Notes: generated from the sequence alone by a model not told the origin. DNA of 64,000 bases from Hemiscyllium ocellatum (GCF_020745735.1 NC_083406.1:98495164-98559163); one strand, 5' to 3'; counted from the first letter of the stretch, positions 1 to 13,179 are shown. A program made the numbers and translations.

Positions 1-849
1 AAAAATCTGTTTCTGATTTCTTATGTTGCTTGCCCTGCATACAGTCTTCAATGAGCTGTTATTTCCTCAAATTATTGGAAGACCCAAACTATTTTCTCTG
101 TTTCCTGCCACAAATTTTATTCCTGCACCACTCAGTTCACTCCTCTCCCTGGCAACCATCTGACACTGAAACAGACCATTTGCAATTTCAAGTATGTGAC
201 TTGAAGTTAAGTTCCACGAGCAAGACCACCTGCTCCTCTTTCCATCCCCTGCCTCCCTTCATCTGTTGCTGAAACTCTAGTCCATAGCGTTGTTATCCTT
301 GAGATGTGATAATGCTTCGAGTTTCTCATCAATGGCCTTCCCTCTTTCACCCCTCCATAAACCGGAGATTATCCAAAACTCTCTTGCCCATAGCCCAATG
401 CATACCAAGTACATTTTGACTCTAAGTCCCCTTTACTTATCATCATTGTGTTCATTGACTTACCTAGGCTCACAGCAAGGTAATGCATTGAACTTAAGAT
501 TTTTATGCAGGTTTTCAATTTTTTTATGGCCTCATCCTTATTGGAGCCCTTAACCTTTCAAAATCTCATCCCTCTTCCAATTTTTGCATATCCCTGATTG
601 CCAATGATCACACATTGGTGGTGGTACTTTCTACTGGTTGGACTCTCTCCCTGGAATTCCACCACTAAGTGTTTCCCCTCAATTTCTTCTTCTTTGAGAA
701 GTTTTTTAAAAGCAACTTCACTGACCAAGCATTTGGTCACTTTTTCTCATATTGCCTTTTGCATTTTTGTGTCAAATGTTACCTGCTAATGCTCACTGAA
801 ATATTTTACTATGCTATACAAATATGAGTTGTTGTTGATACACAATCTT

Positions 850-1555
850 TCAGAGGTGACCTTATAGAGGTTAACAAAATTATGAGGGTCATGGATAGGA
901 TAAATAGGCAAAGTCTTTTCCCTAGGGTGGGGGAGTCCAGAACTAGAGGGCATAGGTTTAGGGTGAGAGGGGAAAGATATAAAACAGACCTAAGGGGCAA
1001 CTTTTTCACATAGAGGGTGGTACATGTATGGAAAGAGCTGGCAGAGGATGTGGTGGAGGCTGGTACAATTGCAACATTTAAGAGGCATTTGGATGGGTAT
1101 ATGAATAGGAAGGGTTTGGAGGGATATGGGCCAGATGCTGGCAGGTGGGACTAGATTGGGTTGGGATAACTGGTCGGCATGGATGAGTTAGACCGTAGGA
1201 TCTGTTTCCATGCTGAACATCTCTATGACTCTACAAGATGATCAGAGGATTAGATAGGGTAGACAGAGAAAGTCTTTTTCCTAGGATGATGATGTCAGCT
1301 TGTACAAATTGAGGGGTGATAGATTTAAGACAAGCTTCAGAGGCAGATTCTTTACGCAGAGAGTGGTAAGGGCATGGAATGCCCTACCTGCTAATGTAGT
1401 CAACTCAGCCACATTAGGGAGATTTAAACAATCCTTGGATGAGCATATGGATGATGATGGGATAGTGTAGGGGGACGAGCTGAGAATAGTTCACTGGTCA
1501 GCGCAATATCGAGGGCCGAAGGGCCTGTTCTGCACCGTATTGTTCTATGTTCTAA
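850..1555 (+). mobile_element. Two adjacent CR1/HER1-type LINE 3' fragments
   Basis: RGDLIEV.KIM, RTRGH, FFTQRVV..W motifs; tails TCTATGACTCTA and TTCTATGTTCTA. Confidence 0.85.
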
Positions 1556-1635
1556 GTCAAGTATGACTAACTTAATTAAATGTTGCAACAATTAATGTCA
1601 AAATTATTGGTTGAACCAATTTCTAAGTAACTTAC

Positions 1636-1704
1636 ATGCTTTTTATGGTCTCTCCATAGTAGTCTGTGTGTACTAAGAAGAACAGTCCCCAAGTCAAATT
1701 TTGT
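1636..1704 (-). CDS. VPS36: VPS36 coding exon 2 (69 bp)
   Basis: Acceptor TTGCAG|; [23 protein letters not shown]; donor |GTAAGT. Confidence 0.95.
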
Positions 1705-4700
1705 CTGCAATAGAAAAGTTACATTTAATGAAATTACATCAACAGATAGTTTCCACACCACTAGAACAATGGCATTGTTCATTACAAATAAGAATTTTTA
1801 TAGGAGTCAAAGACAAAGAAGGCAAAGTAAGTTGTGCTGATAATATTACTCCAGAATTTAGAACATAGAACAGTACAGCACAGGAACGGACCCTTCAGTC
1901 TATGATGTTGTACTCAACACGATGCCAAATTAAACAAATCCCTTCTGCCTGCCCTTGGTCCATATTCCTCCACTCCTTGCTTATTCATGTGTTTATCTAC
2001 AAGTCTCTTAAACGCCCCTGTTGTATCTGCCACCCAGGAGTGTGTTCCACTCCTACCACTGTGTAAAAAACCTGCCCCTCACTTCCCCTTTGAACTTACC
2101 CCGTCCCAAATCAAATGCATGAGCCCTAGCTTTAGACATTTCAACTCTGGTAAAAAGGTTTGACAACCCTATCTATGCATCTCATAATTTTATAGACTTC
2201 TATCAAGTCTCCCCTCAGTCTCCGCCATTCCAGAAAAAAAACAATTTTTGTAGCCTCTCCTTATAATTCATACCCTCTAATCCAAGCAGCAGTTTTCTGC
2301 CCTTTCTCTAAATAGTCACATCCTTTCTGTAATGTGGCAACCAGAAGTTAACACAATACTCTTGGCAAGATCATTTCATGATTAGATTAGATAGATTTCC
2401 TACAGTATGGAAACAGACCCTATGGCCCAGCAAGCAACTGACCCTCTGAAGAGCAACCCACCCAGACCTATTCCCCTAAATTTACCCCTGACTAATGTAC
2501 CTAACACTACGGGCAACTGAGCATGACCAATTCACCTAATCTGCACACCTTTAGATTGTGGGAGGAAACCAGAGCACCCAGAGGAAACACACAGAGACAC
2601 GGGAGAATGTGCAAACTTCACACAGACAGTCGCCCGAGGTGGGAATCGAACCTGGGTCCCTGGCCCTGTAAGGCAGCAGTGCTAACCACTATGCCCCGTG
2701 CCGCCCTTCTTGCTTTCCTAATTCCATGCTTGAGTTCCTTACTGCTTTCGTTATATTCCTCATGAGCACTATCCAATTTTAGCTTCTTAAACCTTACATT
2801 TGCTTCTTTTTACTTTTAGACTAAATTTATAACCTCCCTCATTAACCAAGGGTCCCTTACCTTACCACCCTTGTCCTTCCTCCTTACTGGGACATGCTGG
2901 TCCTGAACACTCATCAGCAGGTCTTCAAACAATTCCCATTTGTCAAATTGGACTCGCCTGACAACAGCTCCTCCCAATTAACGCTCTCTAGCCCCTGTCT
3001 AATACTCACGTAATTTGCCCTCCCCCTAGTTTAGTATCTTGCCACAAGATCCTGACTTATCCTTATTCATAGCTGTCTTAAAACATGAGGAATTGTGATT
3101 GTTGTTTCCAAAATGCTCTCGTATTGAAAGGTCAGTCACCTGGCGAAGCTCATTAGCCAGTAAATGTCCAGTGTGGTCCCTCTTCTAGTTGGGCAACCCA
3201 CATACTGTTTCAAGGAACCCTTTTGGATGCAGTTAACAAATCATGCCCATCTAAGCATCTTGCTCTAAGGGAGGGATGGTCAATAACCAGGGTTTTAAAG
3301 TCATCCTTAATTACAACTCTGTTTTTATTGCATCTTTCCATAATCTGACAACATACTTGTTCCCGAATTTCTCGGTGGCTGTTTTGGGGGGTGTTGGATG
3401 AGTCCCCCAGTATGTCTTTTCTGACTGCGGATGCAATATTCTCCCCGCTTAGTAATGCATCTCCTCCATGTCTTTTACCTTCCTCTGTAACTCATCTAAA
3501 ATCACATACCCTGGAATGCTGAGCAGCCAGTCCTGTCCCTCTCTCAATCAAATCTCTGATCCAGGCTCTAGGCTCATTTGCCTGAACCATAATACTCCTT
3601 GCATTGAAATATACAGATTTCAGCCCGTTAGTACTATCATTCTCATTTATCTGTCTCTGCCAGTTCTTTCCTTCTAATTTACTGGTCCTAACATGTACCT
3701 TGCCCTTAATCCCTACACTTGCTTCTCAGTCCTCTGCCACTCAAATTTGGTAATAAAGGAATGGGGTCTGTAGGTACATGGGTTCTCAAGGCATGAGAAG
3801 CTGCTTCCAAGTTTTACATTTTAAAAAGCTCACAAAAGGTCTTGAAGAAACGTTTAACTGAATATATGTCACAGTTAAGAGAGAATTTATATTTTCAGTC
3901 AATGCTGATACTCTTTTTTAAGCATTTTCCTCCCCCCAAAAAGATATATTTTGGTTCTCATTGCTGTCTCTCAAAGGATGTCATCTATCACTGTTCACAC
4001 ATTTCCTTTGTTATGCTGAGGCACACAAAACAGAAAAACACATTTATATAAATACAAAACTTGCTTAAAATAAAAGCTTTGAAAACTGTTTATTTCAAGT
4101 CTGTTGGAAAACGTAATGAAACTCTCAAACCTTCACAGGAAGTGGGAACATACCATTCCAACCTACAATTTCAAAAGGACCTTCAATGACAGCATTTGTT
4201 CAGAACATATAGATTAGACTGAAGCTTTGTGGTCAGATATTCAATTAAAGCCCTGAACATTTCAAACGGACTGAGGCTAGAATAAAAGATACAACAATCA
4301 AACCAATGTATAAAGTATACAATGCTATTATGAAATAGGTATTTTTGAAATACCTACAGTATTTCAAAACCTTTACAACAGCTTTGTCTAACTTATCCTT
4401 TTGGAAATAGAAATTTCAGGTGGTAGAAGCATAGAATATAGGAATGTAAATAGGACATTCAGCCCTTCAAGCCTGCTTCCCATTCAATGCTATGCTGACC
4501 ATCCAACTCAGTAGTGTTCCTGCTTTCTCCACATATCATTTGATCTGTTTTGTCCTAAACTTATCTCTACATTTTCCTTGAAAGTATTACAAGTTTTGAC
4601 CTCAACAATTTTCTGTGGCAGAAAAATCCACACGTTCACCACTTTCCAAATAAAGAAATTCCTTTTCAGCTCAGTTCTAAATGGTTTACCCCATATCTCA

Positions 4701-7700
4701 AGACTGTGACCTCTGGTTCTAGACTCCCTGCATCTACCTTGTCTAATACTATTAGAATTTTATAGGTTTATATTTCTTTTAAATCTATTTTATAAATCAA
4801 TCTGGTCAGTGATGTCATTACACACCTCTGGAACAGGTGGGACTTCAATCCCAGTCTCCTGGTTCAGGGGTAAGGACACTACTACTGTGCCACAAGAACC
4901 TTTTATAAGTTACAATGAGATCCCCTCTCATTTTTCTAAATAAAATGTAATTAAACAGTACGTCAAAATACTCATTCACACCAAAGTTGCCAATCCTGGT
5001 CCAAGGTGCCACCTAGTGGCCACAGTGTAGAATATTCATTCACAGGAATGGGAAAGTCTTAGAAACCTGTGGGGAGACGTTAATAGAGTCACAGAGATGT
5101 ACAGCATGGAAACAGACCCTTCGGTCCAACCCGTCCATGTCGACCAGATATCCCAACCCAATCTAGTCCCACCTGCCAGCACCCGGTCCGTCTCCCTCCA
5201 AACCCTTCCTATTCATATACCTATCCAAATGCGTCTTAAATGTTACAACTGTACCAGCCTCCACCACTTCCTCTGGCAGCTCATTCCATACACGTGCGTA
5301 AAATGTTGCCCCTTGGGTCTCTTTTATATCTTTCCCCTCTCACCCTAAACCTATGCCCTCCAGTTCTGGACTCCCCCACCCAGGGAAAAGACTTTGCCTA
5401 TTTATCCTATGCATGCCCCTCATAATTTTGTGAACCTCTATAAAGGTCACCCCTCAGCCTCTGACACCCCAGGGAAAACAGCCCCAGCCTGTTCAGTGTC
5501 TCCCTGTAGCTCAAATCCTCCAACCCTGGCAACATGCTTGTAAATCTTTTCTGAACCCTTTCAAGTTTCACAACATCTTTCCAATAGGAAGGAGACCAGA
5601 ATTGCACGCAATATTCCAACAGTGGCCTAACCAATGTCCTATACAGCCCAACATGATCTCCCAACTCCTGTGCTCAATACTCTGATCAATAAAAGAAAGC
5701 ATACCAAACGCCTTCTTCACTATCCTATCTACCTGCGACTCCACTTTCAAGGTGCTATGAACATGCACTCCAAGGTCTTTTTGTTCAGCAACACTCCCTA
5801 GGAGCCTACCATTAAGTGAATAAGTCCTGCTAAGATTTGCTTTCCCAAAATGCAGCACCTCGCATTTATCTGAATTAAATTATTTTTAGGTCTAGATACA
5901 AATAATATTGGAATACCCACAGACAGGTTTGACAATACTATTAATTGATGACAGTTCATATATTTTTAATTTGTCATAATAAACAAATACATTAATTTTA
6001 GAACAGGAAGTCATGAAGGTAAACAGGGTTGTGCTTTATTTTATAATTTTACAACAAGACTACCATATTTTAAATTTGAACAGCTAAGAGAATGACTCTC
6101 ACTTTATTTGGAAAGGTAGCATGCACAGATATACTATTTTTGTCCAGGTGGGAGAATATCTACGCTAGTTGTCATCAGTGAACATTCCTCTGCACCTCTA
6201 GGTGTCTGCTTATTGCAGCATTGGGCGGCACGGTGGCTCAGCAGTTAGCACTGCTGCTTCACAGTGCCAAGGACCTGGGTTCAATTCAACCTTGGGCAAA
6301 CGTCTGTGTGGAGTTTGGACATTCTCCCAGTGTCTGTGTAGGTTTCCTCCAAAGATGTGCAGGTTAGGCGAATTTGCCATGCTAAATTGCCTGTAGTGTT
6401 AGGTGCATTAGTTAGGGGAATGGGTCTGGGTGGGTTGCTCTTTGGAGGGTCGGTGTGGACTTGTTGGGCAGAAGGGCCTGTTTCCATACCGTAGGAAATC
6501 TAATCTAATCATATACGGAAATCTAGGAGTAAGCTATATTTCACAACTCCAGCAAAAAATGGTGATAGGTGAGTGAAATAAGGAGAAAAGAAACATATGC
6601 TTCCAGGGCAGAGACGCTTTGTTTTGCATCCTTATCTCGGCTATAGTCAAAGATGCAATGTCTAGTAAGGTATAAGTACTATTGCTGAAAAGTAACAACT
6701 GCAAATAAAGGTTCTATCCAACTGTTTCTTTTAAATAACATCGCTATTTTGATTATTGATGATAAAAAGATATTTGTCAAAGCTTTTCATCTTGCACTCA
6801 TGATGACAATTTGTAAGAATATTAAAGGAAAAAAGTATACTGCATGAAAGGAGAGTGCTGATTGGTTAACAGGTATATTCATAACTCAGCATCCAACATT
6901 AGAGAGAGATTGTTCTGTAATTGAACTGCAGTTGCCAGATAAGGTTGAGTGTGTAAAGAATTAGGGGTTTAGCAACTTAAGGGTTGTCAGTGGGGCTCAA
7001 CGTGTGCTGCGCTTGTGTGTATGTGAGACCATGTTAACATACTGGGCCCTGATCTTTGCACACAGGTGGAACATGTACCATGCTTGTTTCAACACAACAA
7101 GGAGGTGACAGCCATTTGCTGGTTCATATGTCAGGGTAATTTCTCAGGTCACAATTTAATTAAAGTCTAGCAGTTAACTGTCAATCGTCAATATTTGGTA
7201 TATTTCTCCATGACAACACCTCTACCAATCAGAACCTACTTGCCAACCAACCAGCATTTCCCTTTCATGCAGGAAAATACTCGTTTTCCCAAAAAATTGG
7301 TATTCTTGTGAATTCTCCCGATGAAGACAAAATGAAAAGCTTTCATAGAATCGCCTCCAATGCAGAGAGAGGCCATTCAGCCCATCGAGTCCACATCAAC
7401 CTCCCAAAGAGCATCCCACCTCGACTCACCCCATTACGCTATCGCCATAACCCTGCATTTCCCATGACCAATTCACCTAACCTGCACATCTTTGGACTAT
7501 GAAGGAAACCTGAGCACCGAGCGAAAACCCACGCAGATGTGGGGAGAATGTGTCAACTCTGCACAGTCGTCCAAGCCTGGAATTGAACCCGGATCCCTGG
7601 CGCTGTCACACAGTAGTGCTACATACTAAGCCATTATATCATTTTCTTTTAAAGCAGTACTCAATTTCTGCACTCCCAATGACTGTTGTTATTTTACTTC

Positions 7701-8937
7701 CTTTAACTTTCTGAAGGGAATTGGATCTCCTGTCCTGGATATTGAAGCAAACTAAATTTAAAGTATTTTGTTATGCACCACATAGCTCAGGTAAGACAGT
7801 TTTTATCCCAAATTCCAATGTATTTTCCTACTTGTCACAAATGCATTCAGAACCCTTTAAACACAAAATTAAATGAGCTTTACTAAAAAAAATTTTCTGT
7901 CAGAATCTAACAGGTTTGTGCTGGAGTTCCGGGAGGTTTTCTTTTGCAACCAACAGCACAAATATCTAAGACTAGAGTAAAGTAGTTTTTTTTTCTAGCT
8001 ACTGATTTAAGTTAGGCAACCCCATTACTGCCTCCAAGGACATCCTTCCCACTGACAGAATAGCATAGGAGCTAGCAATGGTGTTTCTTTTGTTTTTTTG
8101 TATTAAAGACTAGATCTAGGGAGAGTGACCAAATAAGAAAACACTCTGAAACAGACATTCAAAATATGGAGTCTAGCTCCTGAGGATTGATGGGCACAAG
8201 TACTGATCTCCATGGACAATTGACCATCAGCGCTGGTACATCAGCAATTGGAGAGGGTATGCCATACAAAGTGTAGACACAGCTCAAGCACATCCTCTCT
8301 CTCTCTCTCAATGTCATAAGTTGTGCTGTCACTACTGACTTTACAAGAAGGTGAACCTGCAGCCAGGGTGTGCGACGGACGAATTGTCCCACTGTGGCTG
8401 CAGGTCTAACCAAATCTGGCAGTTTCAGCCCTATTCTTCCACGGACAGTGGGTCAACAAAAAAAAAATTTCTAATTTGGTGACAGTGACACCACCACCCA
8501 AAACATTTCCCGCAAAGATGCTGCAGTGCCGTGCCATTGAACCCCCTTTCGATGGTAATAAATGCAGGTTTAATTTGAAAGGAGCTGGAATTTAATGTGT
8601 TATGGAGATGTGTTTTTTTAAAATGACAGTTCAGCCATGTAAGAATCAGGCCTGCCCTGAAAGTGCTAACACACAGGAATGGTTGGGCTCTCCCTCCGAC
8701 TGCCCCCACAGTCACAGTCACAGCTCCAGCTGAGGCTGAGGCTGAGGCTGCACACACTGAGAGGGACCAAAAGGCCTAACTGTGCCTGAGACTCGCCTCC
8801 CAGCCCTGATCTCAGCTCGGCTCGGCTCGGCTCATTTCTACCTTGTCGTCACCGTCATACAAGCGAACTCCGCGCTGCTGTATCACCAGGGTCTCGTTAA
8901 TTTCCAACAGTCCACTCGCCCACACGAACCGGTCCAT
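1636..8937 (-). CDS. VPS36: Vacuolar protein sorting 36 (ESCRT-II subunit, GLUE domain N-terminus); partial gene, coding exons 8842-8937 and 1636-1704, continuing beyond the left edge
   Basis: Spliced translation [32 protein letters not shown]|[23 protein letters not shown] closely matches the vertebrate VPS36 N-terminus; GT-AG boundaries, both phase 0. Confidence 0.96.
1860..3740 (-). mobile_element. CR1-type LINE remnants interrupted by a SINE
   Basis: Inverted TAGAACATAGAAC tail; degenerate ORF2 pieces. Confidence 0.6.
2381..2707 (-). mobile_element. HE1-type tRNA-derived SINE
   Basis: Reverse complement of GGCGGCACGG...GGTTAGCACTGCTGCC...GGTTCGATTCC head, with a LINE-like tail. Confidence 0.85.
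5005..5022 (-). promoter_or_regulatory. Candidate CTCF site in VPS36 intron 1
   Basis: Minus strand reads TGGCCACTAGGTGGCACC, a close match to the CTCF core CCACYAGRKGGC. Confidence 0.55.
5085..5880 (-). mobile_element. Young CR1/HER1 LINE 3' fragment
   Basis: [19 protein letters not shown]...[14 protein letters not shown]; HFGKAN; KDLGV. Confidence 0.9.
6223..6510 (+). mobile_element. HE1-type SINE
   Basis: A/B-box head; tail AATCTAATCTAATC. Confidence 0.88.
7345..7635 (-). mobile_element. HE1-type SINE
   Basis: Same family, reverse orientation. Confidence 0.8.
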
Positions 8938-9090
8938 CACCGTCCCCGGAGCGACAAACACCGGCTCACTTCCTGGAGCAGCGGCACCCGCGACACCCCC
9001 ACCTGCTGGACACGCGACCTTACCGCAGCAAGCCACACCATTAGTCAGTGGAACCACAGTACAAGATCCACCTGCTCCCAGACGTGTGTA
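8780..9090 (-). promoter_or_regulatory. VPS36 CpG-rich promoter / first-exon region
   Basis: Sharp local CpG enrichment around exon 1; ETS-like CACTTCCTG near 8967. Confidence 0.6.
8842..8937 (-). CDS. VPS36: VPS36 coding exon 1 (96 bp)
   Basis: ATG at 8937; [32 protein letters not shown]; donor AAG|GTAGAA; lies in a CpG-rich patch. Confidence 0.96.
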
Positions 9091-9449
9091 AAAATATCTC
9101 TGAACTGATTGATTAGGAAATATCTACACCACTATCCTAACTTACTCCAATTTAAAGATCGTTTTTTTCTATTTTCCTGAAAACAGAAAACTGATGGGTG
9201 ATCTAACAGAGGTCTTTTAAACGATTAAAGGCATTTAAGAGGGTATTGGATGTGCAAAGGTATGGGAAAAAGCAGGAGATTGGCGCTAGGTCACATTCAC
9301 TTGAACAGCCAGTGCTGGCACTGATAGGCTGAATGGCCTTCTTTTTCACTGTAACAATTCTATTATTCTGTTTTATTAGAGTGGACATAAAGAATGTTCC
9401 ATCTTAAGCATGTAAGTTAGCTCGCTGTGCATGATTTTGTTTCATCTGT

Positions 9450-9830
9450 CCTAGAATGTGTGTGTTGTCCTAGTCAAAGTGGCGTCCTTCTTTGTCTGCC
9501 CTCGTTTCCCTACATACAGGCAAAGAAGGACACCACTTTGACTGGGACAACATGCAGAAGAATTCATAGAGGCATGGTATTCTAACCAGAACTCCATTAG
9601 TAAACACATCTACCTTCCCTTGAAAAAAAGAACCGGAAATGACATCACCCACCTTAAGTAACCAAGACCTATTAATAGAGAGGTGGAACATGCCACCAAC
9701 GCTTCAAAGGAGACTTGCACTGATGATGTTACCTAGTCACGGTGATGAAAAGTCTGAAAATAAACCTTCCAGCTTAGTGAGCTAACTTACATACTTATCA
9801 TCAATGGAGCTACAAATCTTCTCAAAAATG
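9450..9830 (+). mobile_element. Penelope-like 3' remnant
   Basis: GHHFDWDN...EFIEAWYS..NSISKH, plus hammerhead. Confidence 0.65.
9717..9757 (+). ncRNA. Degenerate hammerhead ribozyme
   Basis: gca-CTGATGA-tgttacc tagtcac ggtgat-GAAAA-GTC^tga. Confidence 0.6.
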
Positions 9831-10089
9831 TTCCATTTTATGCATAAAAGCAAAACTAGAGACTATCCATGTAAGGTAGAGCTGAATTTTGCTGAGTTTC
9901 ATGAAAGGTTTCTTTCCGTGAGACTTGTGACATTTGTTGTGCTATTTTCGAAAACACACTTCAAACAAACAATATCCTATCGTGCCCAGTTCACATCTTC
10001 CCTCTACCACCACACTCAGCATTGCTGGGACATCCTGAGATTCTCAATGTTGGTACCATTTGTAAAATGCAGTTGTGCAACAAGTCATG

Positions 10090-11500
10090 TACAGATGAAA
10101 AATTGGCAGCCCATTCTCTTGATTGGGACCTGGAGGTCCTAATAGAAGGCGTGGTGCAGAAGAGGGCCATTCTCTTTCCTTCAGAACCAACAGAAGAGGC
10201 CACAGTATTAGGCTTTGCCAGCCTGGTCTGAGGTGACCACATGGGCCAGTGCTGTTTACACAATCTGTAAGAATGCTCAGCAATGCCATAAAAAGATCAA
10301 TGACGAACTCCACAATGAGACAGTAAGTGGTACCGTCCTTCTGAAGAAGGGTCACTGGACCAGAATAATTGATTCGGCTTTCTCTCCACAGATGCTGCCA
10401 AACCTGCTGAATTTTTCTAGCTACATCTGTTTTTGTTTCAGATTTCCAGTACCGCAGTTCTTTGCTTTTTGTTCTTTTCTCTGCTACTTCCCACTTTCTC
10501 TATCTCTGCTTTTGCACTCACTTCTAACCAAGGCTGACTCTCACTACTTCAAGCAATACTTGCTCTCAGCCATCCAATCCTCCCATCCTACTAACTCTGC
10601 ATGGTCACTGTGCTACCTACTCACTCTGGCCACCTCACCATCTTTTGCCCACCTGCACCAACACTAGCTGTGCCTGCCACTTTCATCTCACCCAATTCAC
10701 CCTAACTCTCATTCTTTAAGAAAACAGTCTACATTTAGGATGGAGAGAATCAAGATGGGTGGTGGGGAGCCTACATGCCGTTGAGGACCCTGACCACCCT
10801 GTCCCACAACCAAGTAAGAATCATTGTCCACTGCTGTGCTGTTCTCACTTTACCATCACTGTGAATATACTCTTAACATGCCGAATTTCTACCCTTTTTT
10901 TTTACAACACGTTCTTTCTCTTGTCTCTTGCAGGTACCAATGGCATTTGCATGGACCGCACCATCCAGAAGTCTCGGAGGTAAAAGCTATAAATCCCTCA
11001 GAGGATGCACCAATACTGTCTGCCTCCCACACTCTCCACAAGCTCAGATACTGACACCTCAGTGTGTATTTGACCTAAATTAGAGTTAGGAAAACTTGTT
11101 GGTCAGTACACATCACTGCCACATCTCCGTATACGGTCATAGAAGAAATGCTGCAGCTCACTTGCACACAGGGCACTGGCAGAGATCAGGAAGATACTCA
11201 GCCCCAGACAGGAGAGGACCCAATGGATTTTGGAAATTTCAGGACGTTATAGAATAGTGCAGACAAATACAGGAATGGCAGGTTAATTACAGGCACTGGG
11301 AAATTACTCAAAGGTTGGAGGACTCCACCAATGCTATTAAAACGGTGTTGCTTCTGGCCTAGAATCAGCCAGGTCTCTCTATGGACAAGTTGGTGACTTA
11401 TATGGATAGCCAGGTCCAGCACAGTCAGCATCTGCTGAATACATGCCCAGAACTGTAATCCAGAACTGTAGCTATTGGTGCTCAGCACTGGTTATAATGG
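10090..11500 (+). pseudogene. Decayed Myb/SANT-like DNA-binding gene of Harbinger-transposon type
   Basis: DLEVLIEGVVQKRAILFP / PAWSEV...SAV...NAQQCHKKIND (frameshifted), then GTAAGT donor at 10323 and MERIKMGGGEP at 10740; the right boundary is a guess. Confidence 0.65.
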
Positions 11501-11701
11501 ATCCATAGGATCCATACGAGACCCATAGGACTCAATATGACCTAATCCCTGGACTGTAGAGGTGCAAACACCCTCTGACTCTGACCACCCTAAGCGACTA
11601 ACTGTGCCCAAGTCCTTGGACAGATATTGGAACCGGCCCTGGACTTACTGTGCCAGGATCCCCTGACTGAAGGGATTTTCCCTTGACTTGACTGAGGAGT
11701 A

Positions 11702-11842
11702 TTCTGGATCAGTGGTGCTGGAAGAGCACAGCAGTTCAGGCAGCATCCAATGAGCTTGTTGGATGCTGCCTGAACTGCTGTGCTCTTCCAGCACCACTGA
11801 TCCAGAATCTGGTTTCCAGCATCTGCAGTCATTGTTTTTACC
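11702..11842 (+). mobile_element. Fold-back PLE mini-insertion
   Basis: Perfect 50-bp inverted repeat 11701-11750 / 11759-11808; TSD TTGACTGAGGAGTA. Confidence 0.85.
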
Positions 11843-13179
11843 TTGACTGAGGAGTAGTTGGACTGAAGGATCTGTTTTCATGCTATCTGACTCCATGACT
11901 ATTCCCACTATACTTTGAGACTTGCCCATTTGATTGAAGTACATGCAGAGTGTTTGCTGCATACAGTGCTGGCATGTAGTGCAGGTGTGAAATTAATGTA
12001 GCATGGTGCCACACAGGAAGATGTCCACCTCCTCGACTGATCACTGCTGACAACCATGAACAATTTTCTTTGATTTTGTCCATAAATGTCAGGTCAAAAC
12101 AGAAGTACAGTACTACCAGCTTTTAAGATCTGGCTGAAGAGGAAAAGCACAAAAAGGTATGATAAGGTAGAGATATTGTGAGCATCCATGTACTACTAAC
12201 CAAGTGAAGAGCCCCAGAATACAGCCTGGTCAAATCTATGAGCTGGGTGCCCTCCAAAGTATCCTGGCAGCAGCATTTCAATTAAAGTTATTGGAGCGCT
12301 CCAAAATTCAGCATCTAAGTGCAGATCTGTCTTGCAAGTGGATTGGAGATGTGCCTTGAGATGCAGCAAGGCTGGTAACATGACAACATTTATGGATGGG
12401 CCTGGGTTTGGTGAGCTCACTACCCGGGGACTGCATCCTCAGATATCGATGACTGCTATTCAAGGTGGAAGGCCGGAGGATTTAGCAGTGAGCTGGAATT
12501 ACAGTTACCCCATGTGGATTTTGTGTCAGCAATTGTCATCATCTAGTTTCTATCTAGGTGGGTAAAGGAATAGGAAGCTGCATATCAATGAAGCATGATT
12601 AACTACAACATGCTATTCCTCAACTTTCTCATAAAGGCCAATATTATTCAGGGCCTGGGAATATTCCATCCTATGACATCAAGAATTCCAAAACGTTTCT
12701 GAAGAAACAACCTAACCCAAGAAATGGTCAGAATGTGAAATTTACTACTTCATGGAATGAATGAAACAAACAGTATTGATGCCTTTAAAGGGAAGCTTGA
12801 CAAGCATATAATGAACAAAGGGATAGGTGGACAGTATGATAGATTTAGATTAGAAAATCAGGGAGGAAGCTTGAATGGAGCTTAAACACTGGCATGGACT
12901 GATTTGACCAAATGGCCTGTTTCTATGTCATATCTTCAATGTAATGCTAACTCATGCCATCCTGAATAACCAGTATTTTACAATACAGTAAAACACCTGT
13001 TATATATGCCATCAAGTGAATATTGATCCATGTTTAAAATACAGAAAACCATTATAGTGATATTACCACAAAGGCTTCTTCATTCTCAAAGGCAGGGGTA
13101 ATGCTTTGTTGAAAGGATAATGCAAATGAAATGACAACAAAAGCAGAAATAAAATGACAGCATAGAGTTCCAAAGTATA

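Noticed and set aside
1-850. VPS36 exon 3
   Set aside because: No convincing matching peptide with splice sites; it is probably left of the window
6223-6295. tRNA genes at SINE heads (also 18842, 54432, 63934)
   Set aside because: The A/B boxes continue into the SINE body and LINE-like tail; no proper cloverleaf
8812-9057. N-terminally extended 81-aa VPS36 ORF
   Set aside because: The upstream start is not ATG; homology begins at MDRF (8937), and the C-terminal residues are intron read-through
11900-12570. HARBI1-like transposase partner for the Myb/SANT relic
   Set aside because: I could not recognise DDE motifs (DGTH, DxGY, IExxxG) on either strand
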